This document shows, piece by piece, positions 53,090-64,000 of a stretch of 64,000 nucleotides of DNA. Location: NCBI GenBank assembly GCA_030390025.1, contig CM059432.1:17982001-18046000 (forward strand), written 5' to 3'. The translations under genes were made by a program, and so were the position numbers. How positions within the stretch are numbered: the first letter of the stretch is position 1; every line of letters begins with the position of its first letter. This stretch comes from Squalus acanthias. Lineage: Eukaryota. A model generated the notes under the pieces. It saw nothing but the letters and a program-made list of their open reading frames with translations. It was not told the origin of the DNA and ran no database searches.

Positions 53090-54112
53090 CAGCACAAACT
53101 TTACCTTTTCCATCAACTCCATCCCCTGCCACTGTCTCAGGTTGAACGAGACTTTTCGCAACCTGGGCATCCCCATTAGACCCCAAACCCCTATCGTCTC
53201 CATTACAGAGCCCGCCTACTTCCAACTTCATAACATCGCCCGTCTCTGCCACTCAAACCCTCATCCATTTCAGTTACCTCCAGACTCGACCATTCCAATG
53301 CTCGCCTGGCTGGTCTTCCATCCTCTGTAAACTTAAACTCATCTAAAACCTGCTGCCCATATCTTATCCTGCACCAAGTCCCGTTCACCCACCACCCCAT
53401 TTTTGCTGGTCTATATTGACTCTGTACCCCAATTACAAATTAAAAATTCTTATCTCTCTTCATAATCTCACCCCTCCAGCTGTAACCTCAGTAGCCTAGT
53501 GGTTATGGTACTAGACTAGCTCTTTAGAGTTCAAATCTCACCATGGGAAGTTGTGAAATTGAATTCAATAAATCTGGTAGTTTGTGGCCAGATACCAGAA
53601 AATGACCATGAAATCTGCAGGACTCTTATAAAAATCCAACTGGTTCACTGTCTTTCAGGAAAGGGAACCTACCACCTCTACCTGGTCTGGCCTACATGCG
53701 GCTCCCATCCCATACAATGTGGTTGACTCTTAATGCCTTCAGGGCAACTAGGGATGAGCAATAAATACTGCCCTGCTAGCATTGCCCACATCCCAAGAAC
53801 AAAGATTAAAAACCCTCCCTGAAGTCTCTGTTCCTTTGACTCCAGTTTCATTCTGCATTCTCCCTCCCCCCACCCTCGTCTTCAGCCACCTAGGCACCAG
53901 GGAATTTCCTGCTAAACCCCTCTGCCTCTCCAACTCCGTCTTCCTTTAAGAGCCTCCTTACTGCCCACCAGTTTGGCCCAGCTTTTGACCACCCCCACCA
54001 AATATCTCCTCCCTTATTTCAATGTCCTCTTTTATTCCCCCTTTACATCTCGGTGAAGCACCTTGGGACATTTTTCTACATTAAAGGCACTATATAGAGG
54101 CAACTCATTATT
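53090..54112 (+). mobile_element. L2 LINE 3' fragment split by a family-B SINE
   Basis: AYFQLHNIARL motif and L2 tail aaggcactatata; L2 resumes after ~53812. Confidence 0.75.
53491..53812 (+). mobile_element. SINE family B, full length
   Basis: Head gtagcctagtggttatggtactagactag...gagttcaaatct; tail gggcaactagggatgagcaataaatactgccctgctagcattgcccacatccc. Confidence 0.75.
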
Positions 54113-55549
54113 GTCCAAAATATCCTGAAAGTAGTATTTCAGCATTTATATGTACATTTAATGTAGATTAAAAAACATCCCAAGGCACAAGGCAAAAAGA
54201 GAATGCTGAGCCAAAGGAGATGGAGGGGTGACCAAAGGAATGGTCAAAGTTGTGGGTTTCAAGGAGGGTCTTAAAGGAGGAGGGGGAAGTGGAGAGGTTT
54301 AGGAAGGATGTCTGTACTATTGGTAATGTAAAGTTTTGCACACTGATCAACAAACAAGCATCAAAAGTATACAATGAATGAGATTGCATTGGAGGAGGGA
54401 GTTTAAAATGAAAGAAGTCTGGGAGTGATTGTATAATCATCACTTTTAATGTCTAGACAATTGTGGCAAAGCAAAAATACTTAACAGAATGCTGGAACAT
54501 ATAACCAGAGTACAAGGAATTTTGAGATTATCCTGAGGCTTCACAATGTACTGGGCAGAGTTCACTTGGAGTAATGTGTTCAGTTTTGGTCACCACACAA
54601 CAAAAATACAAGTGCTGGAGAAGGTGCATAGACTATCAAGGCTGATTCCAAGTCTAAAAGGAGATAAGCTAAGAGAAAGAAGCTAAAGGGCTACAGTCTA
54701 GAAAGGAGATGACCTCAGAGATATATAAAAATGGTAAAGATACGGCAAACCCTGTCTGTTACTTCAAAGTAAACCAATTAAAGTAGTACTCGAGGACATG
54801 AATTCACATTAGGGCAAGGGTGCCCATGATACATCCTGTAGGTCCCATGGCTCAAACACTAGTATGGACCAGTTGGGCCGAATGACTGGTTTCTGTGCTG
54901 TAAAATCTATGTAACCCTTTGAGTCTAGCAATTTGGCCCTTGAAGCCAAGAAATGTCATCCTATTTGGGCTTATATATTTATTTGTTTGTGTGTATTGTA
55001 GATCTGGAGGTTTATCTGTTCTTAGCACTGATTATTTATGAATAATCCCCAATTCAGAAAACCAAAATTAATCATCAGCAACATAAAATATATACAAATT
55101 AAAGACCCCTAAGGCTACACCATATGTACTTAAGCATTCTTTGAAGGCAAAAATCTTGGACTTACCCTGCATTACTGGTAATTAATTTGAAAACCGGTAC
55201 AAGGAAGAACTTTCAAAAAATACCTAATGTTTGGAAAAAATCTACCATACAGGGTAGTAAAGGAAAAAAAGTTGGAACATTGAAAATGCACCTTACTTCC
55301 TGTGACGTTTTTGTCACACTTTTGGGTCGACCTTTCCATAATAAAAGTTTCTATGTACACATTTATAAATGGAAACAGATTATGTAACCTGCCACACTGC
55401 AATTACACTCTGTCCAGTGGCAGCACCTCAGTGTTGTTATCTTCCAACTCTTCAGCCAGTAGTACAAACACCTATGCTTCACCCAACTGATTCTCAAACT
55501 GCCTAATTTCTGATATTTAACTATAAATAATATAAAATCAAACATATTA

Positions 55550-55974
55550 CAGGAAACTTTTGTTTATCCGGCACCCAAATATCCGGAATTCTCGCTTAAC
55601 CGGCAAAAATCATCCTCCGAAAACTCCTCTCAAATAACCGACAATGTTGCCGAGTCGCAGTCGAGTCTCCGCGAACGCAGAGTACTCCGAAAACTCCTCT
55701 CAAATAACCGGCAATGTTGCCGATCCCGAGTCAGAGTCCGAGTCCGCGAACGCCGATTTAGTCAGTAGGGGTAGTTTTCAAAAGTGCCACTACTCGGCCT
55801 CCTGGCGCTGTCGGAAGTCCGAAACACTGCAGTAGCAGGAGTTGATTCTCCCGCGCTGCCTGGAGTCTCTTTGTTAAAAATAGCCTCGGTAGATATAACT
55901 CTCCGTTATCCGGTACTTTCGATAAACCGGCATCACGCCGGTCCCGTCGGTGCCGGTTAATAAAGAGTTTCCTG
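55550..55974. mobile_element. Tc1/mariner-superfamily (Tigger/pogo-like) MITE, 425 bp
   Basis: 26-bp TIRs CAGGAAACTTTTGTTTATCCGGCACC / CAGGAAACTCTTTATTAACCGGCACC (22/26); TA on both sides (55548-55549, 55975-55976). Confidence 0.85.
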
Positions 55975-58900
55975 TACATTAAAATAAGGACAGAATGGGG
56001 ACAGACTTCTATCTGCACACCCTGGACCAATTACTGCCTTCCCACTAATGCCACAGGGCCCAAGATCTACACTTAGTCTTGACACCCCACGTGTAATGTT
56101 ACGGGAGATTTAAGAGTATGTATAAAAATATACAGAGAGATGAGGAAACGTTGGGGACCAGAAATGTCCAAACTCAGTTCACAGTCTCTTACAGTCAGCA
56201 GAGAGAACAGATCTTTATACTAGATTTAAACCCAAGTTCCAGAGGCTTGAAGAACAGTGTGCTCATAGCGCAACCCAGCTGCTTCCCCCCAATGCCAGCT
56301 TTGCATTTTTAAATTTCCACTTTCAAGAAGTTTGCCATGTCAAAAAAAGAAAGTTGTACAGAATTAAGATTTTTGCGACTGAACTCTGAACTAAAGAAAT
56401 CACAATATGTTGAGATCATGTTGGCGTACCATTTTACTCAAATGGTTAAAGAAAGCATTCTTTCTAATCGATTTTGGAAAAAAAAGGTTGCAATGACTTC
56501 TGAAATGAGCGATTTAAAAATATTTTAATCGTGGGCCCACTACAAATCAGGGTCTTCAATGTCCATGGAAACAGTTATCATCATACACCAACTAAGAAAA
56601 GTTACAGGAAACGTATCATTTAAGGATTATTTTGGCAGCACACTCTCATATTCCATAATAAAATCAAAATAAAGTATGTATATATCTTCCAATGGCCTCC
56701 CTAAATTCACATTAAATGAGACCCTCAGAAGATGAATGTTACCTTTCAATGAGGTACTGCTGTTTTGGGTAGGGAAGAGGGGCGTGCACCATTTCTCACA
56801 TGCAAGCAACACATGTTTTTGCAGCAGTTAGATGGAGTTGTGATTTATATCAAAATACTTGTACGTTAAGTTTGAAATACTTTTCAATGGTAATATATAC
56901 ATGCGTGCACAGATATGCATGCACACATTTCCACAGTGAACTATCCCATCACTTATGTCCAATGTTGAAATGGAAAAGCACTACTTCATAGAAATTTAAT
57001 AAGTATGTACACCAATACTTAAGAACTACTTTTATGTTATATAGTTGTTACATTTGGCAAGTCTTTTAAAGTCAGCAGACAGGGAGGAGTGACGGCTCAG
57101 TATAGTATTACAAATAACAACCAGGAGACAGTTTAGCAACTGGCTGCAATATCAAGTGTTACTACATTAATAGATAGTTTACCCACACCAATTGTAATAC
57201 TTACCTACGTTCCCTTAAAAGTTTCATGTTTAAATCTCAATAGTTAACATCAACCCTTGAATTAGAATTCTGACAGATTCTCCCGCCCAACACACCGATC
57301 TCTAATAGAAAATGTACTTAACCAAGCCTTTTAAATGTGGAACAGAAATAAACTTACTGAGTGGCAAAATGTGGTGGTTACTTCCTGCTCAATAGCCGTA
57401 AAATCCTGTTGACATTTTCTTGGAGTATCCCCTGATCAGCAGAGAAGGATTCACATTCTTCCCAAAGCTTTTTGCTTTGACAGTCTGAACACAAACAATG
57501 TGGTTTTCAAAAACTTTTGATAAAATATACGCACACAATGAACGCACGAATACCTCATCTGGCAAGCCAGCGAAAACTGACAGAATCACACTGTGCAGCT
57601 GCAGCGAGATGTTCTTTCCCTGTCTCCGCTTATCCGAATGCTTCGGACCTTCCCCTTACTTCTCAGATAAACCCCAAACGATGTATTTCCTGCAAGTCAA
57701 TGTTTGCCTATGCAACGTCTGTGTCCAATTAGCAATCTCAAATGACAGCTTAGGGAGAGAGAAAAAAAGAGGCCGCCTCAGTGGGGAACTGAACAGCCAT
57801 TCAGTTGGCTGTAGCACAAATCTGTAAGGTCTAGTTGCTCTGGCCTAATGCCAGCACCTGCAGCAGTCCAACCCTTTTCTACAGAACAGTATGTTACTCA
57901 TTTTGGTATAAGTTCTGGAGTATGTCATTCAACAAAACCAGAAAAAGGAGTTTACACACCCATTTCTGATAATTACACAAATAGGGAAGACAATGACCGG
58001 AACTCTACATGGGTTGAGACTGCCCAAGTCATTCATAAAAAGGAAACCTGGGATTTAATTCACTCGTCTGCTAATCTAGTGGGGTGGGGGGGCGGGGAAG
58101 AGAGAAGGGGCAAGGGGGAAGAGAGTGCATTTTGAAGAAGCTTAAGATCTAGCATAATTTTTATTTTGAGCTTATCACAATTTCATTACACATTTCAGAA
58201 CATAGTTGAAAAGTTATAGCAATAGCAATAACTTTCTGATGGGCCTTTTTCAGGAGGGCCTGGAACCATTGACTGGAACAGATTTCAGTTACAGCATGTG
58301 GTGGATTCAACAGCACCAGTGGCAACAACCAATCATACAGGCTCAATCAGCAGAAGTTTGAAAGTTGTGCATCAAGATTTTCATTTCTGTTGCAGTGCTT
58401 CCCCAACGTCGGGAAGTAGTCTCTACAGGTCAATAAACAGAAAGCTGCAAGCAGGCCCGTTCATGGCTAGAAAAGATGGTGATTGCAAATAAATGCTAAA
58501 GTTGCCAGTGGCAATTGTCCTGGGAAGAGCATAAAAACTACATAGGGATGGTTCTCCAACTCAGAGGCATTTCATTCCAAGACAACAATGCTATTGTCAG
58601 CAGCCTGCACTGAATGTAAAGGGGCATCAATATTCCTTTTTACAACACATTTAAAAGTGCATTACCCTTTATTTGGATTCTGTAACACAAGTACAGAGAC
58701 TTTTTCACGGCTGCAATCCTCAGACTAGTTCACAGGTTATAAGCTTCTGAGGCACAAACCATCTTCAACAGTTTTTCTTGCACCCCATCTGGTGGCTCAG
58801 TTGAGAAATGTCAAAGCTTACCTAAAGACTACAAGAGCATCTTCTTGCCTACTTAAGAGTCAGTGCACTCAAGTAAAGTAATTCAGTGTTTCAAGATAGT

Positions 58901-59019
58901 TCAAAGAAATGTGATAAGGAATAAATGCAAGTCTTTTTCTTTGAGTTGGCATAACAGAGGCAAATGCAACACAAATGTGTTACATGAATTTTATCATGGT
59001 CATTGCAGAATCAATAAAA

Positions 59020-59302
59020 AAGTGACCATGAAGCTGTCAAATTGTTGTAAAAACCCAACTGATTCATTAATGTCCTTTAGGGAAGGAAACCTGTCGCCCT
59101 TACCCAGCCTGGCCTATATGTGATTGAGTCCCAAACTAACATGGTTGACTCTTAATTGCCCTCTGAAATGGCCTACGCAGTCGCTCAGCTGCATAAAACT
59201 GCTGCAAACAGACTGCAACACTTCAAGAAGACAGCAACTAGGGATGCGTAATAAACACCTTACCAGTAACGCCCATATCCCAAGAATGAATAATTTAAAA
59301 AA
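59020..59302 (+). mobile_element. SINE family B, 5'-truncated
   Basis: aaaacccaactgattcattaatgtcctttagggaaggaaacctg core and the shared tail. Confidence 0.7.
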
Positions 59303-59909
59303 ATGCAGTGGAGTACCAAGAAGCAAGTCACAGATTTCCATTGGCTCAAAATGTAATGGCTAATTCGGCATTTGAATTTTCTCCATGCAAGAGAAGAGTC
59401 CCTGGGTAATTACATGGTTAAAGAGCTTCACAGGCAGGAGAAGCAGTCTGTGAAGCTTGAACATGCTAACCAGTCAAGGTACAATTTTTGTACTGCTGAT
59501 AAAAGCATATATTTCCGCCTTAATTGCGAGCAAATCTTGTGGCATTAGTCCAGACATAATCCGTTACAGAATGGACAGCCTGGCCACATGGATGCTCTTA
59601 AGGGTGGGTTCTCATGTGCAATAGAGAAACCTCTAACGTGCCGTTTGAATAGCTTTGAACCATTTGAATAGATTTGAACTGTTCTATAGATAAACTTTCT
59701 CTACAGCCTGACAATTAGTATTCCCTCACAGTGTGGACATGAGCTTTGTCGAACAATGAAGTTGCACAAATGGCAAGTTGGGTCAAGCTTTAAGTGCCTT
59801 CCACTTACTTGCATTTTCTAGTTATCTTCACTTGTTCTCCTCAACATAGATCTAGTAGGAATGCTGAGTTTCAAACTCTCAACTCTTTGCACTCCAATGT
59901 TTTACTATA

Positions 59910-62515
59910 TCGGATTCATTCATGGGGCACTGGCACCAGTACTGGGGAAAGAGGGAGCTGTTCCGTTAGGACGGGCTCCACTTAAACCGGGCTGGGACCA
60001 GTGTCCTGGCGAACTGAATAACTAGGGCAGTGTAAAGGGCTTTAAACTAATGAACTAATGAAGGGGGGGGGGGGGTGGAGGATTCAGGAAAGAGTAAATT
60101 TAAAAGCAACGAGAGAAATGTCAAGGCTCTAGAGCAGAGTAGCATTTTGGGTAAAAATAAGCAGAGTGGGTCAGAGAGTGTAACAAAGGTAATAAGGCAT
60201 CAGTGGCAGGTGACATCAGGGAAAAAAAGAAATAAGTCAAAGCTAAAGGCACTATATTTGAATGTGCGAAGCATTCACAACAAAATAGATGAATTAATAG
60301 CGCAGATAGAAAATAGGTTTGATCTAATAGCCATTACGGAGATGTGGTTGCAATGTGGCCAAGGTTGGGAACTAAATATTCCAGGATACTTAACTTTTAC
60401 AAGAGATAGGCAAAATGGAAAAGGAGGCAGGGTAGATCTGATAATAAGGATGGGATAGAGACAGTAGAGAGAAAGGATCTTAGCTCTGAAAATCAAGAAG
60501 TAGAATCAGTTTGGATGGTACTAAGAAACAGCAAGGGGCAGAAAACATTGGTGGAAGTTGTTTTATAGATCCCCAAACAGTAGTTGTAATGTAGGGCAGA
60601 GTATAAATCAGAAAATTAGAGGCACATGTAACAAGGGTAATACAGTAATCATGGGGGACTTTAATCTACATATAGACTGCGCAAACCAAATTTACAGTAA
60701 TAGTGTGGAGGACGAATTCATGGAATGTATACAAGATAGTTTTCTAGATCAGTATCTTGAGGAACCAACTAGGGAACAGGCTATTTTAGATCTAGTATTG
60801 TGCAACAAAAAAGGGTTAATTAGTAACCTTGTAGTAAAGGGGCCTTTAGGGAAGAGTGACCATAATATGATTGAATTTTATATTGAGTTTGAAAGTGATA
60901 GTTAAATCAGAAACTAGGGTCTTAAATCTAAACAAAGCAAACTACGTAGGCATGAGGGGCAAGTTGGCTAAGGTAGACTGGGAAACTACATTAAAAGGTA
61001 TGATGGTAGAGAAGCCATGGCAAGCATTTAAAGAATTAATACATAATTTACAACAAATATACATTCCTTTAAGGCACAAAAACCCCACAGGTAAAGTGGC
61101 CCAATCGTGGCTAACAAGAGAAGTTAAAGATAGTATTAGATCAAAGGAAGAGGCTTATAATGTTGCCAAAAAGAGTAAGCCTGAGGATTGGGAGGATTTT
61201 AGAATTCAGCAAAGGAGGACCAAAAAATTGATAAAGGGAAAATAGAATACGAGAGTAAACTAGCGAGAGACATAAAAACAGACTTTAAAAGCTTCTATAG
61301 GTGTGTAAAAAGGAAAAGATTAGCGACAATAAATGGATTTTAAGAAGGCATTCAATAAGGTGCCACACAAGAGGTTATTAAACAAAATTAGGGTTCATAA
61401 GATTGGGGGTAATATACTAACATGCATTGAGGATTGGTTAACGGACAGAAACTAGAGAGTAGGAATAAACGGGTCATTTTCGGGTTGGCAGGGTGTAACT
61501 AGTGGGGTACCGCAAGGATCAGTGCTTGGGCCTCAGCTAGTCACAATCTATATCAATGATTTGGATGAGGGGACCAAATGTAATATATCCAAGTTTGCTG
61601 ATGATACAAAGCTGGGTGGGAATGTAAGTTGTGAGGAGGATGCAAGGAGGCTTCAAGGGTATATAGACAAGCTAAGTGAGTGGGCAAGAACATGGCAAAT
61701 GGAATATAATGTGGAGAAATGTGAAGTTATCCACTTTGGTTGGAAAAATAGAAAAGCAGAGTATTTTTTAAATGGAGAGAGACTGGGAAATGTTGGTGTT
61801 CAGAGGGACCTGGGTGTCCTTGTACACGAATCACAAAGTTAACATGCAGGTACAGCAAGCAATTAGGAAAGCAAATGGTATGTTGGACTTTATTACAAGA
61901 GGATTTGAGTACAAGAGTAAAGACGTCTTACTGCAATTATATAGGGCCCTGGCGAGACCACACCTGGAGTATTGTGTACAGTTTTGGTCTCCTTACTCAA
62001 GGAAGGATATACTTGCCATAAAGGGAGCGCACCAAAGGTTCATCAGACTGATTCCTGGGATGGGAGGATTGTCCTATGAGGAGAGATTGAGTAGACTAGG
62101 CCTATATTCTCGAGTTTAGAAGAATGAGAGGTGATCTCATTGAAACATACAAAATTCTTACAGGGCTTGACAGGGTAGATGCAGGGAGGATGTTTTCCCC
62201 TGGCTGGGGAGTCTAGAACCAGGGGTCACAGTCTCAGAATAAAGGCTTGGCCATTTAGGACTGAGTTGAGGATAAATTTCCTCTCAGTGAAGTGAATCTT
62301 TGGAATTCTTTACCCCAGAGGGCTGTAGAGGCTCAGTCATTGAATATGTTCAAGACAGAGATCGATAGATTTTTGAATATTAAGGGAATGAAGGGATATG
62401 GGGATAGTGCAGGAAAGTGAAGTTGAGGTAGAAGATCAGTCATGATCTTATTGAATGGCAGAGCAGGCTTGAGGGGTGGAATGGCCTACTCCTGCTCCTA
62501 TTTCTTATGTTCTTA
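59910..62515 (+). mobile_element. Longest CR1 LINE copy: end of ORF1 (esterase-like), endonuclease, internally deleted RT, 3' UTR; inactivated
   Basis: DGLHLNRAGT (SGNH block V-like) near 59970; LYLNVRSIHNK, AITEMWL, MGDFN, GKSDHN (APE endonuclease); jump at ~61332 to DFKKAFNKVPH; FADDTKL; multiple stops and frameshifts. Confidence 0.93.
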
Positions 62516-62730
62516 TCTGTTCTCTTAAAACAGTAAATGAGATTTTCAAAATGTGCTGTCTCCGGGTTAATATTTAGTAATGGGTACTTATATTTAACAC
62601 TGTGTGCTAGATGGAAATTGTACATGGTGAAAAAGCAGCTGCTCATTGCATACTGCAATTCAATATGCACACATATATACACAATTATATATACACCCAT
62701 ATATATGGGTTTAGTGAGGGTACCCCTCAT

Positions 62731-62732
<2 letters not shown>

Positions 62733-62771
<39 letters not shown>
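62733..62771. repeat. (CA)n microsatellite
   Basis: Direct reading. Confidence 0.95.
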
Positions 62772-62772
<1 letters not shown>

Positions 62773-64000
62773 GTGAGGACAGGATCAGTCTGCTGGTCCT
62801 TGTATTGAGGCTCACACAGGAATAATGGTTACTTGGGTAAATGGAGTGAGCTGCACTCTGCATCTGTACCTCAATAAGGGAATCAATGTTTTTGGGAAAG
62901 GAAGAGAATTCAAAGGCAAGAACAGTTATGTGAAAAAAGGTCAAGCTTATGAGAATCTACACGTATGGATCTCATGTATGTGCAATACCCCAATGTTGCC
63001 ATATCTGCTTCAATATAAAACAGGGCAGATTCAGCATAATTCCTCTTTCCTTTCAGTGCTCAATTACTTGACTATAAGAGGATTTTACAGTGTACAATAT
63101 AGTGCATGCATACAAATAAATGATATAAAGAGTATGTTACAAGACTCATCTATCTCTATGCCTCATCTGTGTACGTGTTCATCTATCTCGAAGTCTGTCT
63201 TTCATTTTTCCCTTGGCAGGCTTGCCTCTTGTCTTGTTACCACACCCGACTGATACGATGACTTAATTCTGCTGTGTGGTTTCCCATCACTTAACAGGGA
63301 GGGACAGTTTCACTCGAAATAAAAAGCAAGGGTAAGATGTTCTTGGTGCTGGCATTTGCACTTCTTGAGGAAACTTCCTGGGTTCACTGAAAAATTACAA
63401 ATGGAGTTCATAAATAGGCAATGACTGCATTTTACAGTTAGAAACTGAAAATAAAATTGAAAAGCAACACATAAAATACAAAACCACTATATTCGCCAGC
63501 TACACATGACCACACTCAACATACAAGAGCATTGAGAGTTGTGCATTATTCAGGAATGCATGACTTTTCTATATACACTCCAAAATTACACCAAGACCAT
63601 TCGCTTATTCATGTCCAAATAAGAAAGAAAAAAAGAACTTCCATTTATATGGTATTTTTCCTGTCCTCAGGATGTTCCAAAGCGCTGGACAGCCAATGAA
63701 TTACCTTTGAAATGTAGTCACTATTGTAATGTAGGCAAATGCAGCAGCTGACCACAAAGAACGTACTTATACCACAGAATGCTTCAAACTGCACGCTTGC
63801 TGTTGGAGGTAGACTTGTAGCATAAAAGTATTAGAGGTGTGGACATAAAACTATAGGATCCATGTAAGTTCCCATGTTTCACCTTTAAACTTTGCATTCT
63901 TTAGTACTTTTCAAAGACACTCCATCACCACATACATCATTGCAGAACTTCTTTGTCAGTAGTTTTCAAGCTATCCCGTCTGGGGACCACCTGCAAATAC

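Noticed and set aside
58780..58799. CTCF-like motif (minus strand gccaccagatggggtgc)
   Set aside because: Mismatch in the GGC core; a single motif is not supportable without ChIP or conservation data.

Overview
Vertebrate genomic DNA, most likely a cartilaginous fish (inferred from the mix of CR1, L2, RTE, Deu-domain SINE and Penelope-like repeats). The only supportable host gene is a minus-strand PRL phosphatase closest to PTP4A3. It has two coding exons here (11706-11810, 105 nt; 2546-2638, 93 nt); the remaining exons lie left of the window. The ~52 kb right of 12273 is probably its large 5'-UTR intron, packed with decayed retrotransposons. Almost all long ORFs in the supplied track are LINE debris. 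Best observations: (1) a 21-codon uORF in the PTP4A3-like leader (MEFVRNSSGYCPAQHSIFADK) resembling the magnesium-sensitive uORF peptide described for PRL-2; (2) four TSD-flanked palindromic insertions of two families carrying minimal hammerhead-ribozyme motifs of the Penelope type; (3) an intron-retaining Harbinger Myb/SANT gene remnant; (4) a CpG-rich Tigger/pogo-like MITE; (5) an inverted copy of a LINE-tail/GC-rich junction. Repeat boundaries are approximate (tens of bp). Family names come from motif recognition and memory, not database searches.
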